From Octopus vulgaris (lineage: Eukaryota), in the NCBI GenBank assembly GCA_951406725.2, contig OX597825.1, positions 82,584,001 through 82,648,000 on the forward strand: a DNA stretch of 64,000 nucleotides, written 5' to 3'. Below the pieces are notes generated by a model. The model ran no database searches. It was not told the DNA's origin and saw only the letters and a list, made by a program, of their open reading frames with translations. The position numbers were made by a program, and so were the translations under genes. Positions 11,523-26,400 of the stretch are shown one piece after another (the stretch's first letter is position 1; every line of letters begins with the position of its first letter).

Positions 11523-14500
11523 GCGTACTTAAATGTCTTTATCTATTGAAATTTCTTTTTCAATATTTTGAAAGTAACTGATATAATACAAAATTTGACT
11601 CTAGTCTAGCAGATTTAAGACAGAGGGATAGACAATTATATTGACCCCAAAGCTAAACTGTTGCCCCATATTCCCACGCTGTAAGTATAAGTGTCAACGA
11701 CAGCGATGTTTGAACTCTGAGCGTAAAGTGCTAGAAATGTTCATTTTTTTTCTCTTTTCAACTGCGGCACCAACGATTGTGACGTTTCAGGAAAATGGAA
11801 TTGTCATTAAGGTGTTTAGAAAACGAATTAAAAGGAAATTTTGATGCAGTTTTGAAATCCTTTTAAATGGTAGGCTTCGCATCATAGGATAAGTGGTATA
11901 CCCGGACATTGGTATCGGAGGGGTAGGAATTCTAATCTTATTCAATGGAGCATTTACTACATTTTCTATCGTCAATCCATGTAACCTAAGTGAGGTAGGC
12001 ATGGCATCTCTATGAAACATTTTAAAGCAAGACTTAAAAAATAGCCAGTGTTTCAAATTGTTCTCACCACTAGAATGTTTTTTTTATGAACGTGTGCAAG
12101 ATTCTATTTTAGCAAGTTTTATAGTAATGGTATACTATTCATTGATATTAATTATTATAAAACATTGAAAGCTATTTCTCTCATAAATGTAAAACTTTGA
12201 GATGTGATGATGCCGACGTATTTAGTTTACGAAGTCGTGGCTAAACCCGGCAAAAGGATTTGAAACGGATTGTAGCTGAGAATAAAGAAATGGTTTGCTA
12301 TATTTTCTAGTGTTAAAACTACGGTAGTTGCATGTTAAGATTGAATGTTTTTTGTCTCTTAGAGAAACATTCTTATCATGGACAAATTATGCATTAGATA
12401 CTTATCTTAGCTCGTACATGTTTCACTCTTAATTTAATCGGATTAAAATATTGTACAACTGTTAACGTAGATTAGCTGTGGAAGTTACTGTTATTGGATT
12501 AGAGAACCCCGTTAAGAAAATATTGTTTGAAATAGTTTTAATAGCCTTCTAGCTATATGAAGCCATACTGTAGAGCAATTGCATTAGTGCTGGAGATAAT
12601 GAAATAATGGGATAATTAAAATCATTCTTAGCGATACAATGTCTCATTAGATGTAAGTACACGAAGAGACGACTAAGTAAAACTACAAAGTTAAACAATT
12701 AGTTCATTACTAATACACCCTCTGCACCCCCCATCACTTGCCATATATTTCCAGTAAGTTCGTTAGAGGAAAAAAAAAAGCCATCGAAAGCCTTCATGAT
12801 TATCGTGATACGAAGTAGGGCGGTGACAGTTGTTTACATTTGGCATGAAGTGCCAACGGAAGGAATCTCGTGCATCAACTACCACACATGTTCCCCAACT
12901 CGGTTCTTCAAATATTTTCTAATTTATTTGAACTGAAAACATTTTATAAAGTTTTCCAGTATTATATGCGTGAGTTACCAGAAATTTCAAAGAACTTCGG
13001 GCAAGAATATTCTTTGCATGTTATAAATGTAAGATACAAATCTATTTGTATAGAAGCTGCACTTCCTCGTTACTACCATTCGTCAATATAATTTGTGTGA
13101 ACGCAACACCCTTACATTATATGCCTTATACCCTTTGCATGTATTTTTTCGACAACTAATCTACATACAGCATTCATTAATTGAATTCTAACCAGTAGAA
13201 ATGAGGATTTTATTTTTTCCACATAGAAAATATTTGAACTTCAGCATTAAACGTTAGCACTGAATCACACTTTCATCTTCTGTAAGTTCACTTGTGATGT
13301 TCTGTCAGAACTTCAGTACATATTCGGTTTATAAGCTGCTGAACAAAGAAATTTGAATATACGTGTTTTGTATAGAGTACACCCCCCACTAACGTTTTGC
13401 ATTATATCAACCATTCATGACAAAGCATAGTGAGACCAATTATGCAGGCGTAAGCATTGAACCAAACTTTTTTTTACTTAAATATCTATTTAAATGTGGA
13501 AGCATTGTAAGAACTCTGCAGTGACAAGGTAAACGGAGTGATTGTCAAACGCGTTCGATTCCTAGTGACTTTACTGAAAGTATAGTGTTGAAAAATATAA
13601 TTTAGAATGCATCTTCAGAACCGGGAAAACGTTGGCAAATCTTTAAAGTAATTAGAATAACTTAGCTACACATTTAGTTACATAAAGCCTACGTTTATTG
13701 GTATTGAATTAAACTTTAGGCATTCCACATCCCTTTTGAGAAGACAGAGGTTTTCTAAAATATATTTGCATGTAGAACCATACCTTTAACATTTTATGGA
13801 GAAAATATAAGTATTTTGTCTAATGGTAAAACCACTGCGCATACGTATGAACAAATCATTTTGAAGATGATAGATTAATATGATCAACTGAGCAACTGAA
13901 ATCCAATATTTATCACTGAAATTTTATAAAAGTTGTTTTAACTAAAATGAATTGAATAAATGTTACAAGCAATCTTATTTCATGAGCTCAAATCTCACGA
14001 AATGCGTGCATACGATGGGCCTTTAAACATTGAATAGTATACTATGAATACATTAACTGAAAATGCTAAAATTCATTATAAACAGAATATATACGTTTCA
14101 ATGTTTAAACTGTATGAAACACAAACGCGTTTAACATAGTTGCACACGTACATGGGTATAATTACATGTATGCACATTCGCGTGCATGTATGCTTATAAA
14201 TATATCTATGCCTACATTTTGATAGGTGTATGGAACCTATATCAGTTGATTAATTCGTTTGTATATACGCATATCTTCAGATAGAATGGTCAATTAGATC
14301 ACGAGGATGCTCTCAAAATTCGTTTGACCAAAAGACCACGGGGACGCCTAACTTTATTCGACACACTTTTGATATAAAACGATATGGTCTTGAATTCTCT
14401 CTCAGGGTTGGCTGGAGACTAAGCAGTAAGAACACAAACATGTTGTTGAAGAACAGATCTCCTCGTCTATTTATCTGCCGAAGTACTTTCGACTTACTTC

Positions 14501-14888
14501 TACCAACACTGAATAGTTAGATCTCTTTCTCGTTTACTTTGTAAATGTGATCCTTCTAGGAAGTGGAGTTCTGTGTAAACTACGTCTTTATTGCTGACAT
14601 CGAATGAAGCCATGTTCAGCCTTAATGATAAGACATTAGTTACTTGGAGTTTCGACAGCTTTCTCTGGTCGCCTGTCAGTTCCTAGTATTGTGCAGTGGG
14701 TTTAACAGGTAAGGAGGGTTGGTCTTGGTAATTGCTGTTTGCTTCACATCAGTCATGACATACATAAGTAATTTTTGTAGAATAAAGGCGTGTACAATGG
14801 CTAAATCCATCGTAGTTACAGCATACACTATTTCGAAAGTAGTAATGTAACATAGCGACCTTTAGTATATCATTAAGACTGAGGAACA

Positions 14889-15050
14889 TAAGGCGGCAAC
14901 ACAAAATACTTAGCGTTCTGAGTTCAAATTCTGTTGAAGTCGACTTTGCCTTCACTCCTTTCGGAGTGGATAAAATATGCTGCAAGCACTGAGCTTGATG
15001 TAATCGACTCCACACCCTCAAAGATCGCTACCCCTGTGCCAGAAGTTGAA
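14889..15050 (+). mobile_element. SINE family A, degenerate
   Basis: gttctgagttcaaattctgttgaagtcgactttgccttcactcctttcgg...gatgtaatcgact. Confidence 0.75.
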
Positions 15051-15242
15051 ATCATTATTACAATGGTACATGGAATCATCTCTTTGAAGACGAAGGCTCT
15101 TTAGCTGTGTCTCGATGTAGATTACGTAAATAAAAATTATTACTAATTATATTACTAATACTTTTATACTTACTGATTAGTTTTTCTTCATACGGAGGAT
15201 TCCGATAACTTTATTTTCTAATTAAATATGTAATGTATTTCC

Positions 15243-15281
<39 letters not shown>

Positions 15282-16051
15282 ATATAATCCGTTCTTATTA
15301 GTAGTTTCCAATGGAAACAGAAGCATTATAGTTTTATAAAACAGACTACTAATTATTAACTGAGTTAATTACAATCTCGATATGTACTTCTAAAATAAAG
15401 ATAAAATTCTAATATGGAATGATATGGAGTAGAACTTGAATGTGAGATTTTTCAAAAATATGTCCACATCATTCCATCCAAAAGTTTCATATACAGATGT
15501 ATAGATATGTAATTGTGATCAGTGTAGTTTTTCTCTCTCTGTCCTCTCGTGAATATGATGAAATAAATTTTGTTTAAGCGTCGTAGCGTCCCTGAACATT
15601 TTAAGTTTCAGAGATAGGGAGATAAGTATAGGATAAGTATTCTCAGGGCAGGGATCCTATACTATGGCTTGAAACAGTGGACTCTACACAAGATACCAAA
15701 AGCAAAGTTGCTGTGTGTGGACGATTCTCAGCAGTGTTTTATTCAGTACAACAATCCATTCTACACAATTTACCAAATGAGAACCTGAGCGAGCAGATCC
15801 ATGCTGTTTTTTCTAAAATTCAGCAAATTTGAATCCATTCCTGTATCTAATAATTATGAAGAAAACTCACCTTGCGACTATTGATGCACACGCATTATGA
15901 AAATATATCGGCAAGCTGAAACAAATAAACGCATTAATTGTACATATAAGGGGAAAGGAATGTCTTCGCTCTGTTCAATTTTTTTCGTACAATTTTCGAA
16001 CGACTAAAATAATACCACCACAAAACCTCATTCTCGGAGTATTAAACGATA

Positions 16052-16352
16052 AACATCACCCATTTCAAGTCTAGCCAGGCTCATGGGCCCGGTTTCCCAG
16101 TTTCTATGGCGTATGTGTTCCCCCCAGCTGGACGGGACGCCAGTCCATCGTAGCATTACTCAAGATACAGGAAGAGAGAATGAAAGTTGTAGCGAAAGAG
16201 TACAACAGGGGTCGCCACCACCACCTGCCGGAGCATCGTGGAGCTTTTAGGTGCTTTCGCCGAATAAACACAAAGAGCGCCGTGTCTGGGATACGAAATC
16301 GCGATCCTCCGACCGCGAGTCTGCTGCCCTAACCACTGGGCCATTGCACCTC
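16052..16352 (-). mobile_element. SINE family C (tRNA-derived)
   Basis: Minus-strand head gaggtgcaatggcccagtggttagggc...gatttcgtatccc; homologous to 45900-46205; TSD-like tctcggagtattaa / tctcgaagtattaa. Confidence 0.85.
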
Positions 16353-18870
16353 AACTCTCGAAGTATTAACTCTCCAAAAATCGCAAGTATCTCATATCAA
16401 TACTTTTAAAAACACTGAAGTGTGAGGAAACCTGTTCATGGTGCCATCAGATAGAAAATACAGCTGATACCGAGTGAATGGATCTAAGGTTATATGACGG
16501 CTGACAATATTAGAATGATTGAAACAGATAAAGTCGTTGATGATAAACTTTTAAAACCATGTTTAATGTATAACCCGTCATTGCTATTCATGCTTATAAT
16601 ATTGCTTTGAATTTAAAATCTATTTCTTTTAATTGCGCAGCAGCATCTTCTCGGTTGTATTTTTGGATTTGCAGCATATTTAGAGCAGGCAACAAAATAG
16701 TCAGATTTTTTAGGTTTCTTTGAGTTGTGATTTCGGCTCAACATTTAATCCTTTCACATTTGAGAAACTTAAATACCAGTCAAATATTTGGGTCAATGGC
16801 AAGAACCAAAAACCAACCAAAAATGTCTGGCCTTGTTCTTTGAGTAGAATCCAATATTAAAGTATTAACAAAGTCTTAGATTAAAAATTTAATCTAATTA
16901 TTCGAGTCTCATACAGTTTTATTTAAAAACTATTTTGTTTAAAGGTAAACTGTACTATTCGTATGATTAACAATACTGTCCAATTCCCTTCGCGCAAAAA
17001 GGATTTGTACAGAGATATTTTGTAAAGTATATGATATATAATATACATATAATCCCTCGACCTACTGGCTTTGCTTGATTGTTCATTAAAGCCACTCGTG
17101 GGATATCTCAGATGTTACATACAATAAAAAATGCGGTGAAGCTACCCTTCGTCGCGTGTTTGTGTCTGAAAACGAAATTCGAATCTAAGAAAAACATGAT
17201 AGATCAAGAAAGATAGATGGCATGCAGTTATGATTTGTGAAGCGCGTAGACCGAAAACGCAATTATCATATTAATAAAACCAACATTATCAGCGGCAACA
17301 CTTCAACTTTTCATAGTATTGCAAGCTGAAAATAGACATCGGTTAAATCTGTCAAAGAAATACATCGATGATATATCGATATATATCGCAAACGAGAAGA
17401 GTAAGAGCATTTTATCGAGGTAATTATTCAGGCGAAAGCTGTAATGTTTTTATCAACAAATTTTGAAATGGTTATCTGGCTACTCTAGCAGAATTAGAGG
17501 AAGCTTCAATGTGTCAGTATGTGTGTACCAACGATCGGTTGAGAGTAAGTACAAGCGTGGGTCTCATATTGAAAACCCAGAGCTATTGAATAATACGGAA
17601 GCTCAAGGTCTCTTCTCGAAGACTCCAGGGATTAAAAAAAAATGATCGGCTGGAATGTCACTACAGCTATTGAACTCTACTTATCGTTACATCCAAGGTG
17701 GTTATCTATAATGTTCTATTACCCTTACAATTTACCTTCAGTAATGACAGCAGGACCACTAAATAAGGTCTGTAGCTAATTTTGATTATCATCTGTAACC
17801 TGTCCTTGGTACTGCTAATGTAGCTGGAAACGATGGTGAATCTACATACATCGCATTCCAACAGAAAAATATCCGAAGTCGAACAATTAATGGTCTTTCA
17901 TTTAAGTATTTATGAAATTCGCTGAACATTGTAGACGAATGTGGTAAATGTTTAGAAGCGAATATGATGTAGGTATTGACGAAAAATCAAAACTATTAGA
18001 ATTTAAATGGTAAAACGATTCAAAGTTGAATGAAAATTTTGTAGGATACATTGTAGTTTATGATGTTCCACTTCACTGAATACAACAGAAGTGGTTATTA
18101 GAAGCGTGGTTCTAAATACGTTTTATGGTACATGTTCAAAAGAAGCATGCACGTAAAGGCTGGTCATGATCAACAATATTCTAAATGCCTAGAAAACCGG
18201 AGAACACAAATTTAAGCATCGGTTTAACATACTATGAAAATAAGCAATTATCATATCGGATAAAACTCTAACACAACATGAAAAAGAAAGTGAAACAGAA
18301 AATGAAACGCCCTCACAAATTTAAAGAAACAAAGCAAGGAATGTGGGAAGTTCCAAAGTAATTTATACGAAGAGAAAATTCCGCTTGCGTGACCGACAAA
18401 ATTCTTCTGTATCTGTATTTGGAAAATTTGTAAGAATAAGTCCCTGCAGGAAGATGATTTCAAATCACGGTTAAGGGAAAGCTTTGTCGAATTGCACAAC
18501 TGATTCTAATATATGTGAAAATCACAAGATATCTTTTGTACAGGTTTGTAAAGTAACATACGTAGCCAATGGATATTATTCAATGCATAACGACAAATAC
18601 AACAGAACCACGCTAATTACGAATCAGTTAACATAGCTATTAAAATTGTAAGCATATTATTACATATAAATACATGTATATCAATATATACAACTATACA
18701 AGATTGGAATAGGTAAATAGATACGATCTAAGATTCAGACACTCTCGCTCGGTTAAATATAAGTATGCATGTAAATGTTTGTGTCTTTATATATATGTGA
18801 GTGTGTGTAGGTGCGTTCGTGCGTATATGTTCGTACCACAGTGCACACACTCATGCACGCACACACATAT

Positions 18871-19000
18871 AGTTGGAATTTACAAACGACGAAGACATGC
18901 TTAAATAACAAACATGTGTATTAGTTTAATTCCCGGGAAGGTGAGAAAGCCTTTTATGTTTCGAGCCTACGCTCTTCTGAAGAAAGGATCACGAGAAAAA
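18871..19000 (-). mobile_element. Short HHR-family element with a decayed core, homolog of 20568-20702
   Basis: Shares tatgtttcgagcctacgctcttc and upstream sequence with the 20568 copy; core reads CTTCAGAA instead of CTGATGAA. Confidence 0.7.
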
Positions 19001-19242
19001 CATATATATTTGTGTCCCAGTGTCATGCATTGCTTTCTCAGTCAATAATAAAAGTACAAACGAAACGACCCTCAAGACACTCTAAATGGCAAATATCTAA
19101 TAATATAAACAACCACAAACAGGGTGATATGCACACAGTCTCATGCGTGTATGTACTTACATACAGAAACCCCGTGAGTTTGGGGGGAAATATTTTCTGA
19201 CCGGATACCGGAGTGGCTCTCAGAATGGATAAGCATATATAT

Positions 19243-19474
19243 ATTTCTTTACTACCCACAAGGGGCTAAACATAGAGGGGACAAACAAGGACAGACAAAT
19301 GGATTAAGTTGATTAGATCGACCCCAGTGCGTAACTGGTACTTAATTTATCGACCCCGAAAGGATGAAAGGCAAAGTCTACCTCCGCGGAATTTGAACTC
19401 AGAACGTAGCAGCAGACGAAATACCGCAAAGCATTTCGTCCGGCGTGATAACGCTACTGCCAGCTCGCCGCCTT
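19243..19474 (-). mobile_element. SINE family A, full length
   Basis: Full consensus match; 19-bp TSD agaatggataagcatatat at 19222-19240 and 19475-19493. Confidence 0.93.
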
Positions 19475-19668
19475 AGAATGGATAAGCATATATCCATTCT
19501 TATGTATATATGTATGTGTGTGCGGGTGTATCTGTGTATGTGTGTATATATGTGTATACATGTGTGTTTATGTGTATATGTGTGCGTGTGTGTATTTATG
19601 CATATGTAGAAACATTCAAGGTTATCTTCTCATGATTTGTGCTGTATACTTACGATTATATATGCTTA

Positions 19669-19866
19669 CGAGCTGGAAGAGACGTTAGCACGCCCGTCCC
19701 TATGTTCTGAGTTCAAATTCCGCCGAGGTCGACTTTGCTTTTCATCCTTTCGGTGTCGATAAATTAGGTACCAGTTACGCACTAGGGTCGATGTAATCGA
19801 CTTAATCCGTTTGTCTGTCTTTGTTTGTCCCCTCTATATTTAGCCCCTTGTGGGTTATAAAGAAAC
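19669..19866 (+). mobile_element. SINE family A with an internal deletion
   Basis: Consensus match; TSD-like atatatgcttacg / atatatacttacg. Confidence 0.9.
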
Positions 19867-20531
19867 ATATATATATACTTACGTATATGAAGGCTTTGGT
19901 TTCTCACTGTGGATCATACAGCGGCACATATCTGTGCATAGCAATAAGCAATACATATGTGGAATCCTAGAAGGTAACTATATTCTTCCTTCATACCACC
20001 GATGCTTGTCTAATGGAAAAGCAGTCGAAATACATCAATAACCCATGGTATCATTTACCTCTCAAGCTTGGCTGTCATTACATTAGGAGACGGAAGAAAT
20101 ATAGCATATGATCTTGCATGGTTCTCTAAAATTTAAATCAGCTCACGGCAACAAATCGGCACGGTACTTTATTACACTATATCACTCCTGGAAATGTTGA
20201 GAGGTAAAGAAGTACTCGGCAGGACTTGTAGAAGAGTACTGATTAAAAAAAAACACACAAAAAAACGTTGGCCTATTCTATGCAAAGCTCAAAAAAATCT
20301 ACCAGTTCCACAACAAATTTTGTATTTCGTTTGTAAGATTCTTTATGTGAATTCGTGAGTTGAAGCATATTTTGAGGTATCTGGGGAGAATCATTTTGGC
20401 TTTACGTCTTATTAACTAACAAATTCAACGGTTCGATTCCCACTCAATTTATACATACAGACACACACACATGCACACACAGGCACACATGCACACACAG
20501 GAACACACGCACACATACACACACACGCTCA

Positions 20532-20569
<38 letters not shown>

Positions 20570-20658
20570 GTTGAAATTTATAGAAAAACAGAAGGCGAAG
20601 AGAGGTATATGAGCAACAAGCAAGGGTATTAGTTTGACGCTCTGGGAAATGGAAAAGT

Positions 20659-20694
20659 CTTTTACGTTTCGAGCCTACGCTCTTCATCAGATAG
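20659..20694 (-). ncRNA. Minimal type I hammerhead ribozyme motif in a short element (20568-20702) between (CA)n and (TA)n
   Basis: Minus strand: ctat CTGATGAA GAGC gtag GCTC GAAAC GTA aaag; palindromic ACGT helix III; triplet GTA; one mismatch in helix I. Confidence 0.75.
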
Positions 20695-20700
20695 AATGGC

Positions 20701-20749
<49 letters not shown>

Positions 20750-20913
20750 TGTATATACATGTGTGTATATATATATATACACGTATACTTTTATATGTTT
20801 CGTCCAGTATAGGCCCAGGCCGTGTCTAACTTAATAGCACCACCTGGTGGCGTCTTTTAATCATATATGGAGCACTATGTTCCACACTAGCAAAGAGTTA
20901 TTATTATTATTAT

Positions 20914-21104
20914 TCTATGTTTGAATTTAGCTCCAAGTCTCACCCAGAGACCTCAAGAGACAACATGTTGGAAGTTCACGTTGTTTTTATGCCTAGTGTG
21001 CCATATATTTGGGGGTTTTTTTGTGTTGTACTAGTGAATGTCTAATAAATAAATAAGTAAAATCAATTGTTTGTTTTAAACCATGAGATTACATAGAATT
21101 ATCC

Positions 21105-21105
<1 letters not shown>
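20914..21105 (-). mobile_element. Probable 3' end fragment of an R4/Dong-like LINE within (TAA)n
   Basis: Flanked by (TTA)n on both sides; the minus strand ends in a stem-loop (gaggtctctgggtgagacttgg) then AAT repeats, like the 57350-57416 3' UTR. Confidence 0.45.
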
Positions 21106-21148
<43 letters not shown>

Positions 21149-21703
21149 GATGCTATTTTATATAATAGAAATAATATTTAATATTAAGTGATAGCATTTA
21201 TATATAGGTGACAAAAGATTATATTTATATATATATATCAACAGAGAGAAAGAGAGATAAATAAATACATAGTTAAATCGATTGGTAGATATAGACGGTC
21301 GTGGAAGTTGTCGGTTGAAGACTTAATCTGACAGTATTTGACATTATCTGAATAAAGAAGGAAGTTCTCTTCAAGGCTGACAGCATATCTTATTTCATTT
21401 ACATCTTAAATAGCAAAATATGTAACATTGTAAATGGTAAGGCTGTCGGAAATCAGCCGAACTTTAAGATAAGGATATTTGCTTGTCTGCGAGATATTTT
21501 ATACGCTACACATATATATACATATATACATACTTAAAAAAAAAAAATTCATTTAGTCAGAACTAAGCAAATATGTACCAACAAGGAGAACTATAAACAG
21601 TTACATTGCTAGAAATAAGAGCTACACGCTCTAATGTGGCAGTTAAAGCACATGATTATATATATATATATATATAGATATATATATATATATATATATA
21701 TAT

Positions 21704-22211
<508 letters not shown>

Positions 22212-22288
22212 TCAAAATGTGACAGCGTTTGTACCGTTGGCGATTTTGTTCCTCCGTCTTCCCTACCTTGGGTCTTTCCTTTTCCTAT

Positions 22289-22323
22289 GTTTCTGACGAA
22301 GAGCTCCGTTCGAAACGTTAAAT
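22289..22323 (+). ncRNA. Minimal type I hammerhead ribozyme motif in a ~215-bp element (22212-22425) inside (TA)n
   Basis: gttt CTGACGAA GAGC tcc GTTC GAAAC GTT aaat; helix I GTTT/AAAT; ACGT palindrome; homolog at 47893-48094. Confidence 0.8.
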
Positions 22324-22421
22324 CCCCCTTCTTTCTTTCCTTTCCTGAGCGTTCAATAACACTATACTTGTTCCACGTCCTCGCGTTGTTGTGTTTTCTC
22401 TTTGTGTTTTCATGTTTTGAT

Positions 22422-22465
<44 letters not shown>

Positions 22466-23210
22466 CTAGTGGTTAGGGCAGCGGGTTCGGCCTGAGTTTC
22501 CGGCCTATATTTGGTAAGTATCATAATAGGATATTCTGGTTGTGTACACAGATAAATATATATACGTACTTGTATATACGTATATATTTGTGCATGTATA
22601 TTTATGTTTGCATATGTGAACAACTGTCCATGTTTTGTATGTGTGTATGTGGAGACAAAGTACTTGAATCAAACAGCTTAGATTCTAAGTCAAATTTTAT
22701 TTTCTGTTTAATCGAGAAATTTGATGTATTCGTCTGGTCCATGCCTTCGTTCTAAAGTTTTCTCTCTCGCCAACTGATGCTTTAGCATTAAGAGACATTT
22801 CAGGAAATACTAGGCTACTTGTTTATGTAATTCTCAAACTCATTAACGCTCTATTTAGTGAAGATGGTATTTCAATGAGCATGATGCAAAAAGTTAGCTA
22901 ACACCACGAGACATCACTTTCGATGATCAGACTCTTCCTGAGTAAAATGTTGTACATGACAGACTTGTTTACCAAGTTCAGAATGTGTGAAGACGTATTA
23001 ATCAGTAAGGTTTGAGTTTACAGTTCAAAGATCACACACACACAAAAAAAAAAATACTACATGAATTTCAATCGATTGTCCTTCTGTTCCTGATAATTCG
23101 ATATATTATCTTTAACGGTATTAGGACAAAATCTGCCTTACTAGTATTATGTCAAAATTCCCGTTAATGGTATCAGGACAAAATCACCCCACCCCAAACA
23201 AAATACCCCT

Positions 23211-23590
23211 AGGCTGACGATATGTGCATCTCTGATCACAAGAAGAAGTAGTATGGGAACATCATAGCCATGTGTTGAGGGGGATTCTTTGCGGTTTGAA
23301 TGCTTTACCTCTGGAAACATGGGTGGTTCGTTCAACATCCTTAAATAAACCTTATTCATGGAACTTTTGAGTGGGATGGGTTACTTGACCAGAAGAAAAT
23401 TCTAACTGAGCCCCACCTGCAAGGTCATGTGCTGTTTATCTTGATATGAGATTACCATGTCGCGCATATATGGTTGTGATGCATGTGCCTAGTGTACCCT
23501 TATCAGACGGGTAGTCATGATGGTATACTGGGGTACGTATATTTTACCCCAGTGTCACTTTGATGACGTGCACTGCTCTCTCACTCAATA
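23211..23590 (+). mobile_element. Retro-repeat family D, ending in (AAT)n
   Basis: Homologous to 30085-30550 (-) and 35965-36510 (+): aggtcatgtgctgtttatcttgatatgagat, cttatcagacgggtagtcatga, ctctctcactcaataat. Confidence 0.8.
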
Positions 23591-23609
23591 ATAATAACAA
23601 TAATGACAA

Positions 23610-23879
23610 AATGTCCTGTAGCAGTACAGGCCAGTGGCTCTTATGGCTTCTTATTTAGAGGCCTTTTAAATGGAATGGAGGAAATCGGCCTGGAGAAAAG
23701 TCTTACTAGGATCTACTTACTGGGAAGTTAATGGGCTGCATATCTTGATGGGAGATCACCATGACCAGAACATATGATTGTGATACATGTACCTGGTATG
23801 ATCTTATGAAGAATATATTGGGGTTTGTGTATTTGTACCCCCAGTGTCACGCTGACGATATGCTTGTTCTCTCACTCAA

Positions 23880-23880
<1 letters not shown>
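23610..23880 (+). mobile_element. Retro-repeat family D, internally deleted tandem copy
   Basis: ccagtggctcttatggcttc...atcttgatgggagatcaccatg...ccccagtgtcac...ctctcactcaat. Confidence 0.7.
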
Positions 23881-23955
<75 letters not shown>

Positions 23956-24055
23956 ACTACTACTACTACTACTAGTACTGCTTCTGCTGCTGCTACTACT
24001 ACTACTACTACTGCTGCTGCTACTATTACTGCTGCTGCTGTTACTACTACAACTT

Positions 24056-24136
<81 letters not shown>

Positions 24137-24165
24137 GTAATATTATTAATAACAATAATAATAAA
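23881..24165. repeat. Compound (ACT)n/(GCT)n/(AAT)n microsatellite
   Basis: Direct inspection. Confidence 0.95.
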
Positions 24166-24475
24166 AGTATTTTTTCAAAATACGCAAGAGGACAGCAATA
24201 TGAGGAGGGTGGGTTATGAGACAAAGAAGTCTACCCGAGTACAAGACCGGTAATATCTTCTCGATTCAATGAGGATAAAAACCCCGAGAGACGTGAATGG
24301 AAGACAGGGAGAGAGAGAGCACTGCTAAAAAGTGCGCTGAATGAGTACTGCTAATCAATTGATGTCAAAGATACTCCTTGAATCAAAGCTGAGAATAATA
24401 AATATTTGAGATCTGGGACAATCGTTTTAGTTACCTTTCGATTGCTGGACGAACAGAACGTGCTAATGTAGATTT

Positions 24476-25184
<709 letters not shown>

Positions 25185-25529
25185 TGTTGTTGTTTTTTTA
25201 TTTTTTCAAACTATAACACATCTTCCACATTGCATCCGCAAGGAGCTAAAATAAAGCAGACTTCAAAGAAATCTTTTTGAAGCAAAACATTATTAGATTG
25301 CTTGGTTTTTCAGAGGTGATTTCAATCAGGTTTATGTCTAATGATGCATAGTATAGCTAATGTAAACGCTGTAGTGGTGATGAATACAAATTTCTTTTTC
25401 TCTTTCTTTTATTGGGGGAGTCACATTTATTCTGTGCTCTGCCGTTTTGAATTGAGGTAGCGATGTTGATGTAGCATAAGGATCTAATTTATATCATGCA
25501 AATTCCCTACTTTCGAATTACAAATTAAA

Positions 25530-26400
25530 GCACACACATCGGCACATATTTCACGAACTCTAACACATTTAAACAGCATATATAACATGAACTATATTTC
25601 ACATAATAACATATTAACAGATATAAGAACGCATATATCATAACCATTCGCACACATAATATGAAACGTATCACAAACTAAGGCTCCTACTTGACAAGCT
25701 ATAGTACAGAACAACACACATTTCACAAAGAAACATAAATGCGACATTTATCATGTACTATATTACTCTTAATAGCACACATTATCAGACATAACAGCGT
25801 AGATATCATAAACATTACGACGCCTAGTATGACATGTATCTCTATATCACATACGGGTCAAATTAGAACATACATATTTTATAAACACCAATACATTTAA
25901 GAAGCCCATACATCACATATTATTAGATACAACATAGCATATAGCATGAAAATTAACACATCTGATACCGCGTGTCTCAAAATTTATGTCACATTCTAAC
26001 ATATATAAGCAGTACGTATCATATAAATTTTATTATGCATAAGAGGAGATATTAGCAGACATAAAACATTTTTCGAAATATAAAATATAAACGACAGTAC
26101 CCTCAGCATGGCCGCAGTCCTCAGACTGACACTTAACGAAGAAAAAAAGAACAAAAACAAATAATAGTCTGAATACCAGGTATCGCTCAGTCACATATAG
26201 TATATGTTACAGCAGAGAATAACACAGGTTTCACAAGCTCTAACTCATACATCACGAACTATAATACACATAACAGAGGATAGGTGACATAAGGGAACAC
26301 ATCATAAGTTTTGGAGTCACTGGCGGCATATCAATCGTACAATTGTATCACATACATTACTTACCATAGAGATTATAAACTACCCACATTCGACATTCAA
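25530..26400. repeat. Highly degenerate AC-rich tandem repeat (acacatatcac.aactataac-like)
   Basis: Recurring motifs cacatatttcacgaactctaacacatt, gcatatatcataacc, atacatcacgaactataatacaca; strong A/C strand skew. Confidence 0.5.

Noticed and set aside
14280-14750. Possible ancient LINE fragment; also 33060-33640 and 61140-61330
   Set aside because: Only faint motif resemblance, which is not enough to call.
17400-18500. Possible decayed coding sequence (INCSTSDIFLLECDVC on the minus strand)
   Set aside because: A single motif among many stops; no family can be assigned without a search.
23761-24219. Mucin-like Thr/Ala/Asn ORF; also 43364-43687 and the Leu/Ser/Pro ORF at 44095-44784
   Set aside because: Trinucleotide or polypyrimidine low-complexity sequence with no supporting exon structure.
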